64,000 nucleotides of DNA from positions 4,342,001 to 4,406,000 of the forward strand of contig NC_087438.1 of assembly GCF_036321535.1 (NCBI RefSeq). Direction: 5' to 3'. Shown piece after piece: positions 1 to 10,495 of this stretch. The notes under the pieces are model-generated. The model saw nothing but the letters and a program-made list of their open reading frames with translations. It did no database searches and had not been told where the DNA came from. Origin of the DNA: Camelus dromedarius (Eukaryota). A program made the translations under genes and the position numbers. The stretch's first letter is position 1, and each line of letters starts with the position of its first letter.

Positions 1-255
1 CAAATCAATCAAACCCAACAGAGGGGGCGGGGGTCACTGGAACCTCCAATCGATAGCCAGTAGGTCAGAAGCACAGGTGATCCACATCTCAAGGGACAGG
101 GGGTGGGGGTGTCGGTCTTGTAGGACTAAGCCCTTAACCCGTGGCATCTGACGCTGCCTCCAGGTAGACAGCTCTGCAGTCAAATCGAATTGCAGGACAC
201 CAAGCTGGTGATGCAGAACTCCTTGGTAGTGCAGGGCGCTCCGCACATTAGAAGG
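1..255 (+). mobile_element. 3' part of a MER21-like LTR
   Basis: 'cccttaacccgtggcatctgacgctgcctccaggtagacag...gaattgcaggacaccaagctggtg' resembles my recollection of the MER21 LTR 3' region; truncated by the window start. Confidence 0.6.
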
Positions 256-1404
256 AGACAATTGTCAGGTGGGAACTCCCACCAGGACACACCGGGTAAA
301 AGTACCGTTTACTCTTCATAGTATTTTGAGATGGTCTGGGTCTCAGTTTTTCACAAACCACTCCTCTTGAGGGACATTTTAGATGAGCTTTGGGTTCCTG
401 CACCTGTCCTGGAACCCTGGGTCATAGAAAACCAAGGACCCCTGTGAGATCATCTCCTGGGACATCAGCCTTCTGGGCTACCCCTCCTGCAAAACCCTTT
501 CATTCGTGGCATCCTTTCTTCTATAAGGAGAGGAGAAAGGTTCATCTCTTCTCCTTTAATGATCCCTATTTGTGTTCATGGGTATCCTTAATTAGGGCAA
601 TTTTATTAAGATCCTTTAAATAAATAATCTCAAATTTCATTTGAACATAACCATTTCACTGTAATTGAAGTGCCCTGGTAGATGTGAATCGCCTAGAGGA
701 AATCAAGGCCCCATTTAAATTTCTAAAACAAGTGTGCAAATTCCTACTTAAAAGCATCTCTGCTCAAGTGTCACTTCCTCCAGGAAGCCCTCTCTGAGCT
801 CCCCCAAAGTACTCAAAGCTCCCGGTCAAAGGCCTCCTGACTTTGTAGACCTTTCTCCCTGTCACTCAGCATCCGAAGCCATGGATCCCCAGGCGACTGA
901 CTCCTCTGTCAGGTGGGAGGTTCTCTCTTGCTTCCCTGGGGCTTGGCCCAGTGACTGGCAGAGGCGTCAAGGAAACAGAGAGCTCCTCCTCCTACTCCAA
1001 GAGTGTGTATTCTTCCTCCCATCTCGGCAGCCTCCTGCTCCAAATGAGCAAGGTGCACTGCACACGAAATCAGGAGGGATGCGGGAAATTCATCACCTGT
1101 CAGAGAAGCACAAAACCAGGAGCCGGAGGGATGCGGGCACTTCGGGAGGGCCGGCAGCGCAGCCAGCAGAGCCACTCTGTTCGGGTTCAGTCCATTTTGG
1201 GTTGCGATCGCTCGAGATGATCAACCACAAAGCAGGGGACATGCCACAATGTGGGAGGTCAGAAAGCACCCCAAGACATTAATAAATGCTACCATGGGGT
1301 GGTGGGCACCCAAAAGAGCAGACCTTATTTAAAGCTCTTTCTCTGGATTCCCTGTGATTGATTGTATCCTGGAAACTTCTGGACAGAATGACAATCTCAG
1401 CACC

Positions 1405-1788
1405 TGTCCTGGACTGACTTGTATCCCCCAAAACTCATAGGTTGAAGACCCAGCTGCCTGATGTGACTGTATTCGGAGGCGGGGCCTTTAAGGAGGTGAT
1501 TAGGGTTAAATGAGGTCATAAAGGTTGGGTCCTAATTCAGTGGGACTGGTGTCCTCACTAAAAGAAAAGAGACACCAGAGATCTCTCTCTCTGAGCACAC
1601 ACAGAAAAGGCCTTGTGAGGATGCGGCGAGGACATGACCACCTCAGGCTAAGGCACGCGGTCTCACCAACGCTCACGGTCAAACTTGACCTCGACCTCCG
1701 ACTTCCAGCCTCCAGGACTGTGAGCAAATAAATTTCTGTGGTTTCAGCTGCCTTGTCTGTGTTTTTCTGCAGCCTGAGCAAATGAATA
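1405..1788 (+). mobile_element. MLT1A-like MaLR solo LTR
   Basis: Starts 'tgtcctggactgacttgtatccccc', has 'ggggcctttaaggaggtgattagggttaaatgaggtcata' and 'cttccagcctccaggactgtgagcaaataaatttctg', typical of MLT1. Confidence 0.85.
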
Positions 1789-2020
1789 TAGTGCTATTCC
1801 TATCTGCTTCATCAATAACTCTGTGTTTGATTTCAGCGTGTAAACCTGAGAAAAGAACAAGATGACTGGCTTCAGAATGTGGAACTGTCCAGAGGTCCAG
1901 CGTGTGCTTGGTGTCCTCAGTGCTCCAGGGTGAGATGTGTGTATTAGCAGCTCAGAGCTCACTCACATTTGGCCTTAAGTCTTTAGTCTGTTCATCATCC
2001 TTTACCCTCTTTCTATAACC

Positions 2021-2230
2021 CAGAGTTTCACAGCTGGGGACAGTGTTGTCGCCCCACAGGGTCGCTAGGCAGTGTCTGGAGACGCTTTGGGTTGTCACAA
2101 CCGAGGGAGGGTGCTGCTGGCATCCAGTGGCCAGGGGACTGGGGTGCTACAAAACGTCCTATAACTCACGGGGCAGCCCCTCAAAGAACGACCCCACCCC
2201 GAGGTCGATCGTGCTGAGGCTGAGAAACCT
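2021..2230 (+). mobile_element. MER20 (hAT-Charlie non-autonomous DNA transposon)
   Basis: 'ggcagtgtctggagacgctttgggttgtcacaacc...tgctggcatccagtgg...gctgaggctgagaaacct' follows the MER20 consensus; colinear with the copy at 60979. Confidence 0.8.
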
Positions 2231-3007
2231 ACCTGAATTCCCCACAGGTTCAGGTTCTAAGTTGTCACAATGTTTTCAGGCCCCAAATTCATTCAACCAA
2301 ACCAATCATCATTAGCTGAAGTATGTAAATAATCACGAGACCAGAAGAAAGTCATGAGACAATGGGAAGGAGATAAGTAACCATTAACTTTCCAGTCAAC
2401 AGTGATTGAAATTGAACAAGCCATCTTATCACGTTTTAGTGCAAATAAAATACTAGGCACTGAGTGAGACGAGTGTTCTGACCTCGCTGACTCTCACCTT
2501 GGCATGTTTTCTGACAAGTCTCACATTAACCACGGTGGCGAAAGCCATGTGACATTCGCCCTCTAAATCCGAGGTCAGCCGATGGAAAGGTGTGTAATCA
2601 CACCTGCAGGAGACCGAGCTGACCCTCCTGCACGTGTTCCCAGCTTCACATTTTGCAATTTAGTAACGCCTCGTATAATTGTACATTGTCACAGCAGGTG
2701 ACGTCACAGCCGTGCTCAAAACGCCTGTCTGCGGGCGGTTTTCAGTGGCCCTGCGGTGCCCAGATGCTTTCCCAACCTTCAGTATGTTCTCGTCTTTCTA
2801 TAGATCTGACTAATAAAAATAGAGAAAGAAACAGCAAGGCAGCTGCTAAAAGGGTCTCTTTACCTTGACCGGTGCCGGAGTGCCGAGGCGGTGGTGGAAG
2901 GGTACTTACCTTGCCCTGAGCACCCTGTGGCTGGCACTGCGGAAACAGTCCCCACCGTGGGTAACATATGTGGACTGATCCCTGCTTTTGTGATGCCCCA
3001 ACCAACC

Positions 3008-3292
3008 TGTCTCTGAGTTTCCTGGGGCTGCTGTGGCAAAGCACCAAACACTGGGAGGCTAAAACAGCAGAAATATATTGCTCACCAGGCTGGAGGTCAT
3101 ACGTCCTGGATCAAGGTGTGGACAGGGCCGTGCTCCATCTGAAGGCAGCAGGGAAGCATCCGCTCTAGGCTCCTCCCCAGGACGTGCAAAGTGGTCACCT
3201 TCTCCCTCTGTGCATGCCTGTCTCCGGGTCCAGGTTTCCCCTTTTATGAAGACTCCAGTCATACTGGATCAGAGCTCACGCTAATGACCTCA
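3008..3292 (-). mobile_element. MLT1B/C-like MaLR LTR fragment (abutted by a + strand MLT1 fragment at about 3296-3410)
   Basis: 'gagtttcctggggctgctgtggcaaagcacc...gatcaaggtgtggacagggccgtgctcc...taatgacctca' is the reverse-orientation MLT1 signature. Confidence 0.75.
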
Positions 3293-3810
3293 GGCCATGG
3301 ACTGATGTTTGCCCCGAAACTCCTGTGCTGAAGCTGAAATCCTCAAAGGGATGGTATCAGGAGAGGGGGGCCTTTGGAAGGTAGTTGGGTCATGTGGGTG
3401 GAGCCCTCCAGACTCTGAAGCACGTGCCTGAGGTCAACATTCCAGGTGACATCATCGTTTCTTCCTGCCCTGTTTTGTCACGGTCACCTGCCCTGCCCCC
3501 ACCTCCCAGTCAAGCCACAAGGTGACTTAGAAAACAGGCTGTGTGCTTTGCCCCGCAAATCAAGACATTCATATCCTGCCAATTTAAGTTCTGTCCCTGA
3601 CGTAATACCACATTGACAAATGGGAAGTCGCTGCCTTGGAAACTGGAATGTGTTTCATGGGACAGAGGGCTCGTGATGGTTGGAAGATTAATATAACAAC
3701 GGCCCCCTCCCGGGCCCCAACTGTGTTCACCATCTCACCTCTTTCTTCCTCTCTCATTCATTGTTTGCCACCTTCCTTACAAACGTGCTGTTCTGTGTTT
3801 CCTCACCTTC

Positions 3811-4545
3811 TGTTAGGGGCTGAATTGTGTCCCCAGAAAAGATGGGCTGGAGTCCTAACCCCAGCACCTGTGAACGTGGCCTTATTTGTGAAGAGGCTTC
3901 TTTTTTTTTAATTGGAATACAGTCAGTTACCATGTGGCAGGTTCTGGTGTACAGCAGCATAATGCCCAGTCATGCATACATACACATACATTCATTTTCA
4001 TATTCTTTTTCATTAAAGGTTATTACAAGATATTGACTATTACTCCCTGTGCTCTACAGAAGAAATATTTTTATCTATTTTTATATATAGTGGTTATCAT
4101 TTGTAAATGTCAAACTGCCAAATTTATCCCTTCCCACCCCCTTTCCCCTGGTAACCATAAGATTGTTTACAATGGTTGCAAGTCTGTTTTATAGATGCAA
4201 TTACATAAAGAAGAAGCCATTAGGGTGAGTCCTAACCCAAAGCGTAGTGTCCTTATAAGAAAAGGACATGCCGTGTGAAGACAGAGCCACACAGGGAGGT
4301 CACCTGGGATGACAGAGGCAGTGATGTCCTTGCAACCCCAGGAATGTCACGCACAGACTGCCAGGAGCCACCAAAAGCTGAGAGGAGGCCAGGAAGCATT
4401 CTCCTAAAACCTCAGAGGGAGCACAGCCCTGTCAACACCTGGCTTTCAGCTGTCTGCCCTCCAGAACTGCGAGAGAGTGAATTTCTGTTGTTTTGAGCCG
4501 CCCAGTTTGTGGCACTTTGTCACAGCAGCTTCAGGAAGTAATACT
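3811..4545 (+). mobile_element. MLT1C-like LTR interrupted by an L1 3' end
   Basis: 5' part 'tgttaggggctgaattgtgtcccc...ggccttatttg' (3811-3900) resumes at about 4191 'atagatgcaatt...ccctccagaactgcgagagagtgaatttctgttg...cagcagcttcaggaagtaatac'. Confidence 0.8.
3901..4190 (-). mobile_element. Young L1 3' UTR fragment
   Basis: Poly-T then 'aattggaatacagtcagttacc...tttatcccttcccaccccctttcccctggtaaccataag'; near-identical to copies at 35620, 39163, 53259. Confidence 0.85.
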
Positions 4546-7281
4546 GCTCCCTTTGGCCAATCACCTTGCCTGAAGGAGGCACCCGGGGTCCAGCGGTGAG
4601 GCACAGACCATTGAAATAGAATTGATCAGAGAAAGTTTGCTAGCAGTAAGACACTGAATTCATTTCAGACCAAAATAAAAACAAAAAAACCCTCCTTTGA
4701 AAATGGATGATTTCCTCAGTTTTACGGGTGGGACACAGCAGTCCCACCACTGCCTGCCCAGCTGCTTTGTTCAGGAGCCAGGACGTGACTTGAGGCCGTG
4801 CACCTGGGACGGTGGCACAGACCAGCACAAGAGCTGCCCGGTCCTCGGTGGTGCGGCAGCGGGGGGCGCCCACCCGCAGGCAGGTACACCGGCCCATCTA
4901 CCACCAGCCGGCCGCCGCCCGCCTCTCCATCAGAGGTCTTTCCCAGTCACCGCAGATCTGCCTGGCTCCACTTCTCCCATTAAAACAAAAGCACTCACAG
5001 GGAGAGGTTCTGAGGGCCACTAAAATGAATGTGGACTCACATGTCGAGGACCAAGGAGGGACTGAGAGAAGGTCACGCGGAAAGGAGGCAAAACCCTTCA
5101 TGAGCATAGTCACCACAGCACTGCTCCTCCATCCTACCCGGGCCCGTCGTGGAACTCTTGCCCCTCCACAGTGTGCTAGGAAGGGTGGGGTTTATGGAGC
5201 CCGCACATCTCTATCAGCCTCCTTTAATTATGGTCACTCACTGCCCAACAGTTTTAATCTGGAGGACAAAACAGAGAAAGGAGGGAGTTCTGACTCATTC
5301 TGTCACTAAGCAGCTTCTAAACGGCCACTGGGGGGGCTGCCAACTCTGCAGCCCTTTTTCTCAGTGGAATTCCCATCTCAAGTCCATCGTCACTGGGCAG
5401 TGCAGGTGTCTCACCGCCCCATCCCAGCCGGGTACAGGAGTCCCGAGGGAGATCCCCTGCACCGTCCAGGGTGACTGTGTCTGACTCACCACCAAGGCTC
5501 AGCGTGGAGACCCTGAGTGACCAGTGAGTTGCCTTGGGGGTTCCAGAGCCAGTGTACGGCCCTGGAGGAGAGTACTGTCCATTCAGGGACACACTGGCCA
5601 TTGAAGGCCCTGCCCACCACACCCCCTTCGAGAAGCTTTCTCCTCCAGGCTCGCTCCGCCTCTGCTAAAGCCCTCAGCACAACAGGTGATCATTTACCAC
5701 CTGTCTTACCAGGCCAGCAAGTCCAACCCTGCTACATGTGACACCTGGGGAGCTGTCAAATTTCCCCTGTCTGAGCCTCATCCAGGAGACTTTGTGTAAC
5801 TGGCCTGGGAGAGTGGGCATCAGTTTTTCCCAAGATAGCCCCCGTGCCCACCCAGGTGAGTCTGGTGTAGCCAGGCTGAGATGGCTGAGCCAGACTGTAG
5901 ACCCCAAAAGTCAAGCTATTGCTACCTATTCTCTCCTTTTCATTATAAAAGCCTAGCCTTGTCTATCACATTTAATAAATGTTCCATGAGTGAATGAATG
6001 AATGAATGAATGAAACCTATGTGCCTTCCTCAGGTTAAGAAGAAGAGCTTTAAATGTGACCCACTGATTCTGAGATACAAAGATGGTTACTTTTCCGTTA
6101 AATTGTGATTCACTAAAACCTGTCATTTGACAGGGAAAGGGCAACTCTCTATGAAAAGTGAACGCTATGTTTATCACACCTGCGAAATTGACTAACAGCA
6201 GACCCGCTTGACCCAAATAAACCAGGAGTAATTTGACTCTGGAATTAAACATGGAGAGTGCAGACAGAAGCCACAAGTTGTGAAATGGAAGCAAATGGAA
6301 ATTGGTGAGTAGAAGGGAGTTTCTACTAAACCATTTGTATGTCTGTGGCCGTGAGTGGCGGGGGCAGCACCAGATGTGATTACACATTCTCATTCTTCAT
6401 ACAGCAAAAACCCTGGTTATATGGCATCTTACTTATCAAGCTTCAAACAAACAACATCTCATTAACTTCAACCCACTGGCCTCAAACATTTGCACAGTAG
6501 GAAAAAAAATCCTTCAGAAAATCAAGAGATTGAGAAATAATTTTGAAAATGCATAAGTAATGAAGGAAAGTAGGAATAAGTGATGTGATGTCAACCAGCA
6601 GAGGAGTCCCAGATTCTTCATGGAACGAGGTCGAGCAAAACCTCCCAATGACAGGGAGAAATTTGTTTCATAGAGGGATAGACAGAGGCTCAGCACAATG
6701 AAACCCCTGACTGGAAGAACACAGGGAAATAAGTCTGCATAAGGAAAATGACAGCCTCCTTATTACTAAGTCATCTGTTTCATTTCACAAGAAAATATAT
6801 ATTTAATGATGTTCCTGTATTAAGCTACTTTTTTGTTAAAAATGTGCTGTGTTAATTCACATGCTGTGCTCCACTGGATTAAAATGTCCTTGAGAACTGG
6901 AATTATGTCTTTCTTCTATGTAACTTCCTTGTGCAAGTTCTATGCCCAGTGCCATTTATTGTGGAGCATATGCCTTATTCTATAGCATGACTTATTCTAT
7001 ATCATACCTTATTCTAAGTGTGTCATTTATAGTAACATGTGTGTATGTATATGACATATAATGGTATTGTTCAATATATAACATGCTTCACACTACATAA
7101 TATAACTACACTTACAAATATTTCTGTTCTATTTAATTAGCACATACTAATCATAATAATTTAATACTTATATATAAACTCTTTAAACATATGTCATATT
7201 GGAGACCCTAAGATCTCTCTGAACTTGACTAAGACACATTTAGCCTTTTGCCTTTTTAGATAGGTTGTTTCTAGAAGTCTT

Positions 7282-7398
7282 TGACAGATGGATGGATAGA
7301 TGGGTGGATGAATAAAAGGACAGATGGATGGATGTATGGATGGATGGTTAGATAGATGCATGCATGGATGGATAGAAGGATGGAAGGATGGAAGGATC
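7282..7398. repeat. (GATG/GGAT)n degenerate microsatellite
   Basis: Visible run 'gatggatggatagatgggtggatg...gatggaaggatggaaggat'. Confidence 0.9.
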
Positions 7399-7528
7399 TG
7401 TTGACACACAGACATAGATCTTGACTCAAATGACACTGACAATGCAGAAGCACTGTGAAGGTGACCATACTTGGTACAACTACAGTTTATAAAACCATTT
7501 GAACATTTCTCTGGAAGCAACCCTGATT

Positions 7529-7703
7529 CCGGTTGTGATGACTAAACATGTCTCCAGACATTACCAAATGTCCCCAGGGTTACTCTTGGCATCTAGTGGG
7601 TGGAGACCAGGACGTGACCAAACATCCCAGAATACACAGGCACCCCCCACAGCAATGAATTAACTGGCCCTAAATGCTAATAATACCAAAGTTGAAAACC
7701 TCT
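7529..7703 (+). mobile_element. MER20 copy with an internally inverted segment
   Basis: 7580-7703 matches the MER20 3' half forward; 7529-7579 matches the preceding MER20 segment in reverse complement. Confidence 0.7.
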
Positions 7704-8351
7704 GGGTTGAATCAGTGAAGCTCTAGGCATCTGAAATGAAAATAAAGCTAAGAGGAGCATTATTGATTCTTTTAGCTCACAAAGAGAGGGTCCACAAATC
7801 TTTACTGAGTGGCCAGTGTGTGCTGGGAATTTTGGAAAACTGGTTATATCTGACTTCATCACAACCGTTGGGAGGGAGGTATTATCCTCATTTTATTATG
7901 GAGGAAATTTAAGTTTCACAGAAGTTAAACAGTTTGTCCCAAATTAAGTAACCCTTATCAAGGTGCCCCAAAATCAAGCCAACCTATTCACCAAAACGCC
8001 TCTGTTTATCAAATGAAAAAGCTTCACCAAAACATGAAAGATGCAAGTCTAAGACTTGATAAACACAGCCCCACAGATGCTATACAAATTCATGAAAAAC
8101 ATTATCAATGGCCTTCTTACGGAAAGTAGGCTGTCTGGGGACCATTTCTGAAACTGATATCAGAAAGGACAATCACATCTTTCCAGAAACTACCTTGGGA
8201 CTAGGCCTAGTGCTGCATCTCTTACTCAATAGTCCATCAACAATTGCTTGTCAAATTAATCTGAAATGCTTGGTATTCTGGTCATAGACCACTCGATGGA
8301 ATGAGTCACAGATCTTCCCTTGATAATTTCTACATTTGGATATTCTTAGCT

Positions 8352-8480
8352 GGAAGGAAGGAAGGGAGGGAGGGAGGGAGGGAGGGAGGAAGGAAGGAAT
8401 GAAGAAAAGAAGGAAGGAAGGAAGGGGGGAAGGAAGGAAGGAGGGAAGGAAGGAAGGAAGGAAGGAAGGAGGGAAGGAAG
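8352..8480. repeat. (GGAA/GGGA)n polypurine microsatellite
   Basis: About 130 nt of nearly pure G/A. Confidence 0.95.
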
Positions 8481-9185
8481 ATGAATTCAGCCTAGGAAGT
8501 GACCAGCCATGGTGTAGCTATGTTGAGGAACACATAAACAAGTCTGGGAAATATCCCTGAAGACAGGATAATGTTTTCAGGTATAATTTGAAGACTCTCT
8601 CTATTTATATATTTCTAATTTGACGCTATTTTGAAAACTGGTTATTTTAATATTAATTCCAAATCTGAATATTTTTAAATTTCACTCTTGTACCAAATTC
8701 AGCAAGTCCCAGACCCATGATCAGGGAGTTTTCCCGTGTCTCCGTGACCTCAGGCTTGGTGACGCTTGCAGATCGTCACGAGATGGACTGCATTTTCTAC
8801 TTTGCATGAGGACTAGTTCTATGTCACAGACACAGCGTTTGTGTATTACTTTTAAAAATAGCTCACTTTGGTTCCACGCCTGGGCTGGCTCGTTGTTTGC
8901 TTCTGCGTGTGCTTGGAGAAGTTCCCAGGCTGGACGGGTGGCAGGGATGTGTGGGAGACTTCCGAGCCCAGCCAAGACTGCTGGGACCCAAGGCTCAGGG
9001 ACGCTGCAGTTAACCAGAGGCCAAGGGAACCCTTGATTTCTGCCTCTGAAGCCTTTGCATTAGGCATTGCCACCTGGGAGCCTGTCTCTGAAATGGGTGT
9101 TGGACTATGTATGTTTGGGGGGCTCATCCATCAGGAGATGGAGGGGCAAACAACTCCTGGCCAATAAAACTGACTCTCCCTCCAT

Positions 9186-9327
9186 CACAGGTGCCAGTCT
9201 TTCCTCCTTATCCCAGGTACCAGCCTCTCCTCGCCCCACAGGCGCCAGCCTCTCCAACCCTCACAGGCGCCAGCCTCTCCAGCCCCCACAGGTGCCAGCC
9301 TCTCCATCCCTCACAGGTGTCAACCTC
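9186..9327. repeat. Minisatellite, about 25-bp unit x about 5.6 (cacaggYgccagcctctccaNccct)
   Basis: Six successive occurrences of 'cagg(t/c)(g/a)ccagcctctcc'-like units. Confidence 0.9.
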
Positions 9328-9679
9328 AGTTCAGCAGGCTCCCCCCCTCCCCGTGCTACCCAACCCCCCTCCTTCCCTTACAGACCTGACCCTTCCACCC
9401 ATTCCTAGCAGTGCAGGGAACAGTGGAGAAAAGCAGTCTTCTCTCACTGGGTACAGCTGCCCACTTTAGGGAAGGGAAGGAGGCAGGGGAGAAGAGGACA
9501 GAAGACCCCCGGCCCACCTTCCACCCCCTCCGCTGAGGACACAGCCTCCATCAGCTGGGCTCCCTGGCTTCGCAGGGAGCACCTGTGGGTTGAGGGTACA
9601 GATGCGAAGGTGAGGTCACAGCTCATAGGCAGTCAGTTCACACCCCGCTGGGAGGAACGAGCAAGCAGCAGCATCGGTT

Positions 9680-10300
9680 AGAGTGGCTGGGCCCTCCAAC
9701 ACCGAGGTGCAGGCGGTCCTACAGGACGCAGCTCCCAGCACCCCCACCTCCCCGCCCCAGCTCCCCTGGGTCCCACCCAGAGCCCCCCACCCCCCGCCCC
9801 CCGCACCACCTCCCGGGATGAGCCCTGCAGGGGCTGGGCAGGCCGGGCGCGGGCGTCCGCCCAGGGTTGTGGGGAAAGGCGCAGGATGGATGGCCGGGGG
9901 ATAACTCCACGCGGGAAGGTTTAAAAGGCCACTGGGCTGCGGTCGGGGCAGCTGACCACGGCACCTGACAAATAAAACGCGTGCTCCAGCAGACTTGAAC
10001 GTGAGCCTGGCGACGCAGCGCTCCGCGACCGAGCCGGAGAAGAAGGCCGGAAGCAGCGGCCGCAGCCGCGCTCGGGGATGCGCGAGCCCCGCGCAGACCG
10101 GCTCGGCGCCCGCAGGCTTCCCCGGGGGCCCGGGCGGGTGTGTTCCCTCACTGGGGCGGCCCTGGCCGAGTACCATGTTCTCACTGCTCCGGAGCTCAAG
10201 TCCAAGGCCAGGGAGTCGGCGGGGCTGGAAATTTCCTCCGAGGCTTCTCCCTCTGGCTTGTAGGCGGCGGCCTTCACCTGTGTCTTCACATGGTGTTCCC
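9680..10300. promoter_or_regulatory. Upstream CpG island, promoter-like
   Basis: CpG-dense; GC-box-like motifs (ccccgcccc), TATA-like TTTAAAAG at 9920-9927 followed by GC-rich leader-like sequence. Confidence 0.6.
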
Positions 10301-10495
10301 TTTGGGCGTGGGGTCGGGGTCTTATCTCCTCTTCTTAAAAGGACGCCAGTTTAATTGAAGGCCACCTTAACAACCTCTTTTCCTTCCATTCCTTCTATAG
10401 AGGCCCGATCTCAGATACGGCGGCATTCTGAGACACCGGGGGCGAGAACGTTAACACGTGGAGCAGGGGGTGAGGGACACGGCTGGGCCTGGAAC
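10140..10495 (-). mobile_element. MLT1B-like LTR, GC-enriched
   Basis: 'ttctcactgctccggag..aagtccaagg...gaggcttctccctctggcttgtagg...tgtgtcttcacatgg...ctcctcttcttaaaaggacgccagt' parallels the copies at 28668, 42720, 47260. Confidence 0.75.

Noticed and set aside
9186..9327. CRISPR-like repeat array
   Set aside because: Head-to-tail units without unique spacers in mammalian DNA; it is a minisatellite.
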